NCBI RefSeq assembly: GCF_000446015.1
Contig: NC_022093.1
Coordinates: 1,080,001-1,112,000 of the forward strand
Reading direction: 5' to 3'
DNA: 32,000 bases
Origin: Thermofilum adornatum
Lineage (GTDB): Archaea; Thermoproteota; Thermoprotei; Thermofilales; Thermofilaceae
Position numbers and translations under genes: made by a program. Below the pieces are notes generated by a model. It searched no databases. It worked only from the letters and a program-made list of their open reading frames with translations, and was not told the DNA's origin. How positions within the stretch are numbered: position 1 is the first letter of the stretch; the number at the start of each line of letters is the position of its first letter. Shown here piece after piece: positions 16,230-24,553 of this stretch.

Positions 16230-17201
16230 CTATTCGAGTCCGTACCGCTTAAAGTTGATTTTTCCCATTTTTTCTTCAACAAGCTTCTTGTATTTTTCGT
16301 CCAGGTAGGCCCTATAAAGGCACGTTTTACATATAGGGTTCGTAGAGGGCTCTCCGCATACCCTGCAATATGTTGGCTGTTTATAGGGGGCCTTGATTTT
16401 TTTCCTGGCAAGCTCTTTGCTTGCAAGTAATCGGTACTTGAATCCTGGGTCTTCGTCCTCGACCTCGTTTACCCAGTGCCTTACCGGGTGTCTCATCGCA
16501 TAGACTATGTAGGGGCACTCTACGAAGGGAGTATAGATGTTCATGATCAAGGTGTAGGTCAATACCTCTTTCTCAGGTATAAGGTAGAGAGGCTTAATCC
16601 TAGGTACAAGCGTGGCACTAGTCTCATCGGAAATTATCCCTTCCCTAAGAATGCCGTCGATGTGGCTCTTCAAGGCATTCATAACAAAGACCTGCGTCTC
16701 GTCATCTAGATTGTGGCCAGTAGCCAGCTTCGAGGCATCATGTTCACGTGCAACAGCATTCATAACGTAGCGCCTAAAAACACCGCACACACTGCATGGC
16801 TTAATCACGAGTCCCTTCTCTTTTAGTTTCTTCACTGCTTCATCCAAAGTGAAGCCGAAGTAGTCCTTGAAGGAGCCTACATATATCTCTACCCCTAGCT
16901 TTGCCGCTAGGTTCCTAAGAGCCTCTAGCTTGTACTCCCTATAACCAGCTATACCCTCGTCAACCGCCACGCCGAAGACTTTGATGCCGAGCCTTCCGGC
17001 AAATTTCGAGAGGAGATACAGCGTGGTAAGGCTGTCCTTGCCTCCGCTCACCGCGACTGCTACTCTGTCCCCCTCCTCCACTAGCCGAAAGTGTACGATC
17101 GTATCGTAAACTCTCCTCTCAAAGTACTCAACAAAGTGTTCAGCGCAAAGATAGTCTCCTAGATAAGATACGTATACAGAAGCCTTCTTCCCGCACACCA
17201 T
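16230..17201 (-). CDS. ttuA: PP-loop ATPase, TtuA/NcsA-type tRNA 2-thiolation protein
   Basis: PP-loop SGGKDS; central CSVCG; C-terminal zinc finger CRVCGEPSTNPICKTC; GHNLDDE. The N-terminal zinc finger is only partial from the ATG (MVCGKK...LCAEHF). A TGC Cys codon lies immediately upstream in frame (see finding). Confidence 0.8.
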   Translation of the reverse strand: MVCGKKASVYVSYLGDYLCAEHFVEYFERRVYDTIVHFRLVEEGDRVAVAVSGGKDSLTTLYLLSKFAGRLGIKVFGVAVDEGIAGYREYKLEALRNLAAKLGVEIYVGSFKDYFGFTLDEAVKKLKEKGLVIKPCSVCGVFRRYVMNAVAREHDASKLATGHNLDDETQVFVMNALKSHIDGILREGIISDETSATLVPRIKPLYLIPEKEVLTYTLIMNIYTPFVECPYIVYAMRHPVRHWVNEVEDEDPGFKYRLLASKELARKKIKAPYKQPTYCRVCGEPSTNPICKTCLYRAYLDEKYKKLVEEKMGKINFKRYGLE

Positions 17202-17218
17202 GCATTGGGGAGACGTTG

Positions 17219-17440
17219 TTATCCACCAGACACTACTGAGTGCAGTTTTATTCTCGAACCAGGTCTAACAAGTTCCTCCTCCGTCGTTACCTCGCCATCT
17301 ACACTCACAACTACCTCGCTTACCCGTAGACCAAGCATCTTGACAAGGTCCGCTATCCTCGTGTTTGCTGGAACTTTTACCTCCCTGACCTCTCTGCCGA
17401 AAATATCTACAAGCACTGACACAAGTTCACCATTACTCAT
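17219..17440 (-). CDS. ttuB: ThiS/MoaD-fold ubiquitin-like sulfur carrier (TtuB/SAMP-like) ending in Gly-Gly
   Basis: 73 aa, ending ...RIKLHSVVSGG-stop. The internal VSVDGEVTTEEELVRPGSRI matches the ThiS/MoaD beta-grasp pattern. It sits 17 nt upstream of ttuA on the same strand. Confidence 0.7.
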   Translation of the reverse strand: MSNGELVSVLVDIFGREVREVKVPANTRIADLVKMLGLRVSEVVVSVDGEVTTEEELVRPGSRIKLHSVVSGG

Positions 17441-17530
17441 ATATTTCTAGGAACACATAGGAAAGAGAACATTTTTATTTCTTTCCCTGCAGGCAAGAAA
17501 TACAAGCAAGCCAGAAAGAAGCCAACAACC

Positions 17531-17538
17531 TTTATTAA
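17531..17538 (+). promoter_or_regulatory. TATA-like box (tttattaa) for the yhbY-like gene
   Basis: Lies 24-31 nt upstream of the ATG at 17562. On the other strand, AAATAAAAAT (17471-17480) could serve the divergent ttuB-ttuA unit. Confidence 0.3.
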
Positions 17539-17561
17539 CGGGTAAGCGTCTTTACTACACA

Positions 17562-17825
17562 ATGTCTTCGAGTGTTTTCCAGAGGAAAGACATACCTGTT
17601 GTCAACATCGGCAAAAAAGGGCTGGACGAGGCTGTCCTAGAGGAAATAAAGAATGTCTTAAAGGCGAGGGGGATCGTCAAAGTCAAACTCTTGAAGAATT
17701 TCCGGGAGGCTTACGGGCTCTCGCCAGAAGAGGCGGCAGTGGTTCTTTCCCAGAGGCTCTCCGCGGAGATTGTAGGTGTAAGGGGATTCGTAATCGTACT
17801 AAAAAAGACTATCCGGGGACATTGA
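17562..17825 (+). CDS. YhbY-like CRM-domain RNA-binding protein
   Basis: 87 aa; VNIGKKGLDEAVLEEIKNVLKARGIVKVKL matches the GxxG-containing CRS1/YhbY motif, and the size is typical. Confidence 0.7.
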   Translation: MSSSVFQRKDIPVVNIGKKGLDEAVLEEIKNVLKARGIVKVKLLKNFREAYGLSPEEAAVVLSQRLSAEIVGVRGFVIVLKKTIRGH

Positions 17826-17829
17826 TTCT

Positions 17830-18609
17830 CTAGGTTTCAGCCTCTAGGAGCCTCAGGTATTTTATTTCCCCGAAGTCAAATATCCCTGCTTCTATGTCTA
17901 TCCCATACGCCTTGAACATGTTTATGTCGGCCTCTCTCAGTAGAGGCGAGAGTAAGTCCCTCTCAATGTTTATCTCTGTTCCAGGCATGAGTGGACTAAA
18001 GGCTGGCAAAACGTATACCTTTTTCCCAAGAAACTCTCCCTCCAAAAGGACCTTAAGCTTGATTTTTACACCTAGCCTGTCTCTCAGCGCGAGTGCTGGA
18101 TGCTCGTGGCCCATGAATATGTATTTCACGTCTTCCCGGAATGCCTCGACTGGCAGTGGCTTGTGTCCATGGAAAAACAAATATTCACCCTCAATGAGGC
18201 AGGGGTCGTGGAAAGGTATCTCGAGCCTCTTAAGTATGGGTATCAGGTAGTTGTCATGATTTCCCCTTACAACCTCTACCTTTAGGCCTAGCTCGTTTTT
18301 TAGATATTCTAGGAGCATAGTGGTTTCCCGCCACTCTTGCCTTGTAACATCTCCAAACTCGTGTTTAACGTCTCCCAGGATAATGAGCCTTGACGCATGG
18401 CTCTCTCTAATCATCTCTGCTATATAGTTCCTCATCTCGCTTGTCTGTATCGGCGGGATAAATATTCCCTGCTCTGCGAGCGCCTCCTCGTAGCCAATAT
18501 GCATATCAGATATTATAAGGGTGTCTGTTTCCTCAAGGTATAAACCGTACCCTATAATCTCAAAGCCTCGACGGATCCTAAGCCTTGGAACCTCCATTAC
18601 ATCACTCAC
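17830..18609 (-). CDS. Calcineurin-like metallophosphoesterase (archaeal SbcD-related / MPE-type)
   Basis: Motifs SDMHIG, GDVKHEF, GNHD and GHEHP appear in the canonical order. GTG start (alternative ATG at 18597). Confidence 0.75.
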   Translation of the reverse strand: MSDVMEVPRLRIRRGFEIIGYGLYLEETDTLIISDMHIGYEEALAEQGIFIPPIQTSEMRNYIAEMIRESHASRLIILGDVKHEFGDVTRQEWRETTMLLEYLKNELGLKVEVVRGNHDNYLIPILKRLEIPFHDPCLIEGEYLFFHGHKPLPVEAFREDVKYIFMGHEHPALALRDRLGVKIKLKVLLEGEFLGKKVYVLPAFSPLMPGTEINIERDLLSPLLREADINMFKAYGIDIEAGIFDFGEIKYLRLLEAET

Positions 18610-18676
18610 TTCTACTCTTTAGTCAAATGTCCAGAGTTATAAAAATTACATTCCCATAGAGCTTCTGCTAGAAAAG

Positions 18677-18686
18677 CTTATTTAAC
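18677..18686 (+). promoter_or_regulatory. TATA-like box (cttatttaac) for the HMG-CoA reductase gene
   Basis: Lies 21-30 nt upstream of the ATG at 18707. Confidence 0.3.
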
Positions 18687-18706
18687 ATGCAAATAAAAAA
18701 GCACCT

Positions 18707-19990
18707 ATGAGTCAACAAAAAACATCCCGAATACCCGAGTTCTACAAGAAGACGCTTGAAGAAAGACTAAACATTGTTGCCGAATATGCCGGCCTCACAC
18801 AGGAAGAAGTAGCCCTGCTCAAAAACTTTGGAAACCTAGACCCAAAAATCGCAGACTCAATGATTGAAAACGTCATCGGAGCCATGAGCTATCCATTCGC
18901 AGTCGCAGTCAACTTCCTCATAAACGGAAAAGACTACCTCGTGCCAATGGTCATCGAAGAGGCAAGCGTAGTTGCAGCCGCAAGCAACGCGGCAAGGGTT
19001 ATGAGGAGAGACGGAGGCATAAAGTCGATAGCCACTCAGCCCGTAATGATTGGGCAGATACAGGTATTAGGCGTGAAAGACCCATGGCACAAGAGGATGA
19101 TCATACTCGAGCACAAGGACGAGATTATCCAGAAGGCAAACGAGGTAGACCCGGTTCTCGTCAAGTTCGGCGGGGGAGCCAAGGACGTCGAGGCACGCGT
19201 AGTAGAAGGCCCAAGGGGACCAATGATAATTGTCCACCTACTTGTAGATGTTAGAGACGCGATGGGGGCAAACGCCGTGAACACAATGGCCGAAAAAGTC
19301 GCACCAATGATTGAGCGCCTTACCGGCGGAAGGGTTCTCCTCAGGATAATATCTAACCTGGCCGACCGCAGACTCGTAAGGTCCTGGGTAAAAGTATACA
19401 AGGAAGACATTGGAGGCGAAGAAGTAGTAGACGCCATAGTAGATGCATGGGCCTTCGCGGCGGCGGACCCATACAGGGCAGCTACCCACAACAAGGGAAT
19501 AATGAATGGCGTTATAGCAGTAGCTCTAGCCACGGCCCAGGATCACAGGGCGATAGAGGCAGGCGCACACGCATATGCCGCTAGGACTGGGAGATATGTA
19601 CCACTCTCCACTTGGGAAAAGGACCAGGACGGAAACCTTGTAGGCACCCTGGAGATGCCCATGGCAGTAGGGATAATTGGCGGAGCCACCAAGGTTCATC
19701 CAATAGCCAAAGTAGCACTAAAAATTCTCGGCGTCAAAACCGCTACAGAGCTAGCCGAAGTAATGGGAGCAGTCGGATTAGCACAAAACTTCGCGGCACT
19801 CAGGGCTTTAGCTACCGAGGGTATCCAGAAGGGACATATGAGGCTCCACGCGAGAAACCTCGCAATTATGGCAGGAGCCACTGGCGACCTGATAGACAAA
19901 GTAGTAGAGATAATGGTTAGCGAAAACAAGATCAGCTTCGCATATGCACAAGAGTTAGTAAACAAGCTTTCAAAGGAAGGAAAAGCCTAA
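18707..19990 (+). CDS. hmgA: Hydroxymethylglutaryl-CoA reductase, class II type
   Basis: 427 aa with no membrane domain. Motifs MIENVIG, VPMVIEEASVVAAAS, LLVDVRDAMGANAVNTMAE, DPYRAATHNKGIMNG, EAGAHAYA, LEMPMAVGIIGGATK and ATEGIQKGHMRLHARN are near-identical to the class II (Pseudomonas mevalonii-type) signature blocks as I remember them. Confidence 0.85.
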   Translation: MSQQKTSRIPEFYKKTLEERLNIVAEYAGLTQEEVALLKNFGNLDPKIADSMIENVIGAMSYPFAVAVNFLINGKDYLVPMVIEEASVVAAASNAARVMRRDGGIKSIATQPVMIGQIQVLGVKDPWHKRMIILEHKDEIIQKANEVDPVLVKFGGGAKDVEARVVEGPRGPMIIVHLLVDVRDAMGANAVNTMAEKVAPMIERLTGGRVLLRIISNLADRRLVRSWVKVYKEDIGGEEVVDAIVDAWAFAAADPYRAATHNKGIMNGVIAVALATAQDHRAIEAGAHAYAARTGRYVPLSTWEKDQDGNLVGTLEMPMAVGIIGGATKVHPIAKVALKILGVKTATELAEVMGAVGLAQNFAALRALATEGIQKGHMRLHARNLAIMAGATGDLIDKVVEIMVSENKISFAYAQELVNKLSKEGKA

Positions 19991-19994
19991 AAGA

Positions 19995-20384
19995 CTAGAA
20001 TCCCTGCTTAGCAATGCTCGAATAATAGTTATTTATTACTGGGTCTCCTAGGAGAAGTCTCCTAGCTTCCTCTGAGACTAGCCTAATGAGGAAGTCTTTT
20101 TCGCCTGAAGCCTTGTCGCTGGCTCTTACTTTTTCTTCAAGAGAAACAACTCCAAGAGAAGAAAGTTTCTTCAAAGCCTTTAGAACAGCTTTTTCGTCGA
20201 ACACGTAACCAGTTTCGCCAAGCCTGACCCTGCTTATGGCGTCTCCAAGCTCACTTAGCCATAGGCTACCCCCGAAAACAGTTAAAGCCCTTAGAACGTC
20301 AAGGATAAGAGTAGACTCCGCATCGTTTCTTTTGAGTATTTTTTCTAGTTCCTCCATTTTTGTCAAGGTATAAGGAGTATACAA
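19995..20384 (-). CDS. Hypothetical protein, possibly winged-helix
   Basis: 129-aa ORF. LILDVLRALTVFGGSLWLSELGDAISR...VLKALKKLSSLGVVSLEE looks like a wHTH. No family recognised. The start could be the internal MEELEK. Confidence 0.35.
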   Translation of the reverse strand: MYTPYTLTKMEELEKILKRNDAESTLILDVLRALTVFGGSLWLSELGDAISRVRLGETGYVFDEKAVLKALKKLSSLGVVSLEEKVRASDKASGEKDFLIRLVSEEARRLLLGDPVINNYYSSIAKQGF

Positions 20385-20422
20385 GCTTATAAGTCCAGCG
20401 CATAGTTAAGTCTAGGTCTTTA

Positions 20423-21013
20423 ATGAGAAGACTCTCCTTAAACACATGGATCCTTGTATATTTTGCCTACTTTATATTAGTAAATATTTTCCCCGAAGCA
20501 GGATACACTGCACTCCTTATCAGCGAGATACTTCTAGGCCGAAACACTTCTCTACTAAATGGTAAAAACGTCAGCCTGGGTCATCTCGCCTTTTTTGCCA
20601 TGTTACCCCTCCTTCTACAGCCATACCCCTACATAAATAGCATAAGAGCACCAATACTCAACTCGATAATTTTCAGCATGATATCTGCATTAGCAGAGGA
20701 GTATTTTTTCAGGGGGGTAATACTTCCAATAGCTGGGAATCCTATCCAAGCATATCTCTTCGCACTTACGCACCTAAATACAACCAATCCTGTCTACTTG
20801 GTAAACACATCGCTCCTCGTCCCCCATTACTTCCTCATAGGGCTTATTCTCGGGAAGACCGCAGAGAACCATGGTCTATTCTACTCAATAATATTTCACG
20901 TGGGCTACAATATAGTCTCACAGCTCTTTTATCTTAATTTCACGTTACAGGCTGTTCTCTATTTATTGATAGCTGAAGCGGTTCTTTGCATTTTCATGTT
21001 TGTAAAAAGATAA
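20423..21013 (+). CDS. CPBP-family (CAAX/Abi-type) intramembrane glutamic protease
   Basis: Polytopic protein with ALAEEYFFRGVI (EExxxR), FALTHL and a late FHVGYN motif, the three conserved CPBP blocks. Confidence 0.7.
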   Translation: MRRLSLNTWILVYFAYFILVNIFPEAGYTALLISEILLGRNTSLLNGKNVSLGHLAFFAMLPLLLQPYPYINSIRAPILNSIIFSMISALAEEYFFRGVILPIAGNPIQAYLFALTHLNTTNPVYLVNTSLLVPHYFLIGLILGKTAENHGLFYSIIFHVGYNIVSQLFYLNFTLQAVLYLLIAEAVLCIFMFVKR

Positions 21014-21046
21014 TTTTATAACTATTTTTTTCCTTTTTTTATAGTT
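21014..21046 (+). terminator. Oligo-T terminator region with a short inverted repeat
   Basis: Immediately after the TAA stop. AACTAT (21020-21025) and ATAGTT (21041-21046) flank two T7 runs (21025-21031, 21034-21040). Oligo-T tracts are the usual archaeal termination signal. Confidence 0.4.
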
Positions 21047-21098
21047 GCAAATATTCAAGAAAAATTTTTGTTAAAGAAGAGTATAAAGACTGCCCGCT

Positions 21099-21629
21099 AT
21101 GAGGAGGACAGTCAAAATCTCTCTCACAGCTCTGTTCGGGTCGCTTGCAATAGTGTTTTCAATACTAAGGCTTGAGGCTCCATTCCCATTGTTGCCATGG
21201 CTAAAATTCGACCTGGCAGAGATACCATCAATGCTTGCCTACTTTACGTGTGGTCTCGGATACGGTATATTAGCGGAAGCAATTCATTATATCGGTCTCG
21301 TCGCTCGAGGATCAAACTTTCTGAATGCTTTCATGAAGTTTCTCGCCGTGGCCAGCATGATGGTCGGCTACTCTCTCTTTACCAGAACCATCCATAAAGC
21401 TGTATCCGGAATAGTTCTAAGGGTTGTAGCGGTGTCTATAATGAACTACGTGTACTTTTACTTCCTTTATCCGAACTTTCTCAGCTACGCCTTGAAAGTT
21501 GCAGGTTCAATAGAGCTTCTCTATGGCTATACTGCAGTCTTCAACACAATACATGGAGCTTTAACTATTGGCGTATCATTGCTACTTGTCAGAGAAATTG
21601 AAAAACGTATCAAGTTGCCTCCTAAGTAG
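21099..21629 (+). CDS. ECF-transporter S-component-like membrane protein (RibU-like family), solitary
   Basis: 176 aa with about 5-6 TM segments. The N-terminal pattern ISLTALFGSLAIVFSILRLEAPFPLLPWLKFDLAEIPSMLAYFTCGLGYG parallels the RibU-type FPLLP...DLS.IP...G motif arrangement. No EcfA or EcfT gene is nearby. Confidence 0.5.
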   Translation: MRRTVKISLTALFGSLAIVFSILRLEAPFPLLPWLKFDLAEIPSMLAYFTCGLGYGILAEAIHYIGLVARGSNFLNAFMKFLAVASMMVGYSLFTRTIHKAVSGIVLRVVAVSIMNYVYFYFLYPNFLSYALKVAGSIELLYGYTAVFNTIHGALTIGVSLLLVREIEKRIKLPPK

Positions 21630-24288
21630 TAGAGGCTTTGAGAGACATTTTTCTTATTTTCTTCATCAATTCTTCGTGGAATCTCGCTATAAGGGCCCTC
21701 TTATCTTCCATAAGGACAATATCACTGAGACCCTCCAATACTATGTTGTACGCGAAGGGGGTCGGCGTATCTAGGAGTCCAACATCGACTATCTCTATCT
21801 CGCCTTTATGAATTTTCTCGAGAACTTCCCTTGCATGCTGAATATCCATGTAGTCTTCAAGGATCTCTCTGTAAGTCTCTTTTAGAATTGGGAAGTCTTC
21901 CCACTTCTTGATCACGCGTAGCAAGGTGCTAGCGTTAAGCTGTTGTTTTTCTACACTTATCTCGTGGCCCTTATAGTTTCTCAGTATCATGAGTCCACGT
22001 GTAGCAACGTGCCTGAATCTTCTCTTCATTAGCTCTGTGTTAAAAATTGACTTTTTCAGGTAGTCTTCAAGCTCCTCTGGCCTAATGTCCCTCAGCGAGA
22101 CATCAATGTTTATGCCAGGCGGATAAATCAAAGCGAAGCCATTGTCATGTATCGCGAGACCTATATTTGAGTTCGCCTTCCGCGACGCTAGGTAGGCTAG
22201 GGCGTGAGACAAGGCATCGTTAGTCCTTCTCCCATATAATGTATGGAACACGTGATGGATCCTCCCGGCTTCGTCTCTGTATTTTTCTGTTAAAATGACC
22301 CTGTGGCTCGGGAATTTTTTCGACCCAAGAGACTTTAAGACTAAATACTCTTCCTCAAAGTATGAAACAATGGCCTCTGCGCCTGCACTGTTGACTTTGC
22401 ACTCCCTAGTCAGGTATCTCTTTATTTCTTCCCTAGGCTTTCCACTTGAAATCCACTGGAACATTTTCTCCCTGAATTCTCCGATACGTATAGCCAAATC
22501 ATAGCTAAGAGGCAACATCTCGCTAAACCATGCGGGAATAGTTGGCTTCTGGTCAAATGCGGGCTTCACATAAGCAGTCATGCCGTCGCTCTTCACGAAT
22601 TCGTAAACTTTTCCTCCCAATACAAACCTGTCTCCTGGCACGAGTCTTTCTAGGAACTCTTCCTCGATGTTGCCAACATACTTCTTGTCAAGTGTTAGGA
22701 CTTTTACGCTTACCTCGTCTGGTATTGTACCAATATTCAGTGTGTAGATTACTCTCGCATATTTGCCTCTTCTCCCGAAGACCTTCTCGAAAGGGTCATA
22801 CCATATCTTTCCATAGACCTTGTATTCCTCTAGTTCTCCATAGCTACCTGAAAGAAACTTTAAAGTGTTCTCGAAATCCTCCCAGGAGAGGTCATGGAAG
22901 GAATAACTCCTTCTCACTATTTTGAAAGCGTCTTCAGCATTCATCTTTCTCTCGATAGCCATGCCCACTATGTGCTGTGCTAGAACATCTAGGGGGTTCC
23001 TTGGAATATGGACTTTGTCTAAGTGATGCCTATAAGCTTCCCTAATCATTACCGCTACCTCAACTAGGTCGTCCCTGTCCACACATACCATTATACCCTT
23101 GCTTGTCTCGTGTAGCCTGTGACCGCTCCTGCCTACCCGTTGGAGGCATCTCGTGACCGATTTTGGGGAGCCTACCTGTACAACCACGTCTATGTATCCA
23201 ATGTCTATGCCGAGCTCCAAACTGGTACTGCTGACAATTGCCTTGAGTTCTCCCTTTTTCAGCTTCTCTTCTACGTCCATTCTTACTCCACGGCTTAGGG
23301 AGCTGTGATGTGTAGCAATCGAATCCTCGGGGATGTCTCCTTTTTTCTTTGCGAGCATCTTGAGGTGGAAAACTACTCTTTCGCTACCGCTTCGTGTGTT
23401 TGTAAAGATGAGCGTTGTCCTGTGTTTCTTTACAATGTCGTATAAGGTCTCATACATCTTGCTCGTCACCTCCTGTGCAGGAGTATAAATAAGGTCGCTT
23501 ACAGGGGAGACGACATGTATGCTCTTTCGCTTTGAGTACCTAGCGTCAACAATGAGGCATGGTCTTGGGGAACCGTCTTCGTTGTATCCAACAAGGAACT
23601 TTGCAATCTCGTCCAGGGGATTAATCGTTGCAGAGAGTCCTATCCTAATAAAATCTCTGCCCGTGAGTTCCCTTAATCTCTCGAGAGAGAGTGACAGATG
23701 GGCTCCACGTTTGCTCTCAGCAAGGCTGTGTATCTCGTCTACAATCACCCATTTTACAGTTCTAAGCTTCTCGCGGAACTTTGGCGCAACAAGAATGATT
23801 GCAAGTGTCTCGGGCGTTGTTATGAGTATATGCGGTGTCTTTCTAAGCATGTTTTGTCTCTGGGAACTAGGGGTATCACCCGTCCTGACGACATGTCTTA
23901 TCTCTGGTATCTCCTTGCCTCTCTTCTGTGCTATTTCTCTGATTTCCCTGAGAGGCTCTTCTAGGTTACGATAAATATCATTGTTGAGTGCTCTAAGCGG
24001 AGACACGTATAGCACGTAGACTGTGTTGTCGAGTTCTCCCTTCTCAGCCATGTTGAAGAGCTCGCTGAGAGCGATAAGAAAGGCCGTCAGCGTTTTGCCT
24101 GTTCCCGTGGGGCTAGATACGAGGACATTTTCGCCGTTGTGAATAGGTATAAGTGCATAGCGTTGCGGTGGAGTAAGGTCTCTAAACTTTGATGCAAACC
24201 ACTCGGCTACAAGCGGATTTAGGATTTTGAGTACTTCCTCCTTGGTGTATTCCCTTTCAGCTACCCTTATAGCCTCCTCCATAAACAA
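21622..24288 (-). CDS. lhr: Lhr-type (large helicase-related) superfamily-2 DEAH-box helicase
   Basis: 888 aa. Motif I SSPTGTGKTL, motif II VDEIHSL, SAT, motif VI QRVGRSGHR, followed by a long C-terminal region typical of the DEAD/H-associated domain of Lhr-core proteins. Confidence 0.85.
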   Translation of the reverse strand: MFMEEAIRVAEREYTKEEVLKILNPLVAEWFASKFRDLTPPQRYALIPIHNGENVLVSSPTGTGKTLTAFLIALSELFNMAEKGELDNTVYVLYVSPLRALNNDIYRNLEEPLREIREIAQKRGKEIPEIRHVVRTGDTPSSQRQNMLRKTPHILITTPETLAIILVAPKFREKLRTVKWVIVDEIHSLAESKRGAHLSLSLERLRELTGRDFIRIGLSATINPLDEIAKFLVGYNEDGSPRPCLIVDARYSKRKSIHVVSPVSDLIYTPAQEVTSKMYETLYDIVKKHRTTLIFTNTRSGSERVVFHLKMLAKKKGDIPEDSIATHHSSLSRGVRMDVEEKLKKGELKAIVSSTSLELGIDIGYIDVVVQVGSPKSVTRCLQRVGRSGHRLHETSKGIMVCVDRDDLVEVAVMIREAYRHHLDKVHIPRNPLDVLAQHIVGMAIERKMNAEDAFKIVRRSYSFHDLSWEDFENTLKFLSGSYGELEEYKVYGKIWYDPFEKVFGRRGKYARVIYTLNIGTIPDEVSVKVLTLDKKYVGNIEEEFLERLVPGDRFVLGGKVYEFVKSDGMTAYVKPAFDQKPTIPAWFSEMLPLSYDLAIRIGEFREKMFQWISSGKPREEIKRYLTRECKVNSAGAEAIVSYFEEEYLVLKSLGSKKFPSHRVILTEKYRDEAGRIHHVFHTLYGRRTNDALSHALAYLASRKANSNIGLAIHDNGFALIYPPGINIDVSLRDIRPEELEDYLKKSIFNTELMKRRFRHVATRGLMILRNYKGHEISVEKQQLNASTLLRVIKKWEDFPILKETYREILEDYMDIQHAREVLEKIHKGEIEIVDVGLLDTPTPFAYNIVLEGLSDIVLMEDKRALIARFHEELMKKIRKMSLKASTT

Positions 24289-24317
24289 TACTGGTTAGCC
24301 ACCTATATCCACGTAAA

Positions 24318-24515
24318 TTAACTTTTTTCAAGTCCTCTTTTCCTCTCCTCTAAAAGTACACTTAGGGACTCTGCCGCCTCCTCTAGATGATACAGGACAT
24401 CTTCCAGGAACTCCGCGAGGACTTGGTCTGCATCAGCAACGTCTCTAAGCAAATCGATGGCAAAATCTACACTACTTAGGGCACGCTCAATCTTTTCGTT
24501 TAGTTCCTTACTCAT
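24318..24515 (-). CDS. Small, very acidic helical protein (65 aa from the ATG; the track starts it at GTG 24530)
   Basis: MSKELNEKIERALSSVDFAIDLLRDVADADQVLAEFLEDVLYHLEEAAESLSVLLEERKRGLEKS, with about 17 acidic and 8 basic residues by my count. It lies 29 nt upstream of lhr on the same strand. AATAAAAAC (minus strand, around 24536-24548) is about 27 nt upstream of the ATG. Confidence 0.4.
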   Translation of the reverse strand: MSKELNEKIERALSSVDFAIDLLRDVADADQVLAEFLEDVLYHLEEAAESLSVLLEERKRGLEKS

Positions 24516-24553
24516 AGAAACATTTAACACATAACAAGTTTTTATTGGTAACC

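Noticed and set aside
16146-16430. ORFs of 94 aa (+) and 71 aa (-) overlapping the 3' end of ttuA
   Set aside because: They overlap the well-supported ttuA frame, whose C-terminal CxxC...CxxC zinc finger is encoded here. Their translations have no recognisable features.
17199-17440. Possible programmed -1 frameshift at GGT-GGA-TAA that would fuse the ThiS-like protein to TtuA (…SGG-ITTSPQCMVCG…)
   Set aside because: The frames are compatible with a -1 slip, but there is no slippery heptamer or obvious stimulatory structure. A fusion would also bury the C-terminal Gly-Gly that must be free for thiocarboxylate chemistry. Reinitiation or a simple start-codon change is more parsimonious.
19036-19965. 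Several ORFs (165, 83, 102 and 89 aa) inside or antisense to the HMG-CoA reductase gene
   Set aside because: The HMGR frame is unambiguous along its whole length. The alternatives are low-complexity shadows of a GC-richer, Ala/Gly-rich gene.
22295-23974. Plus-strand ORFs antisense to the Lhr helicase gene (69, 127, 151 and 88 aa)
   Set aside because: They are nested in a gene with all SF2 helicase motifs in order. They have no start-site context and no recognisable domains.
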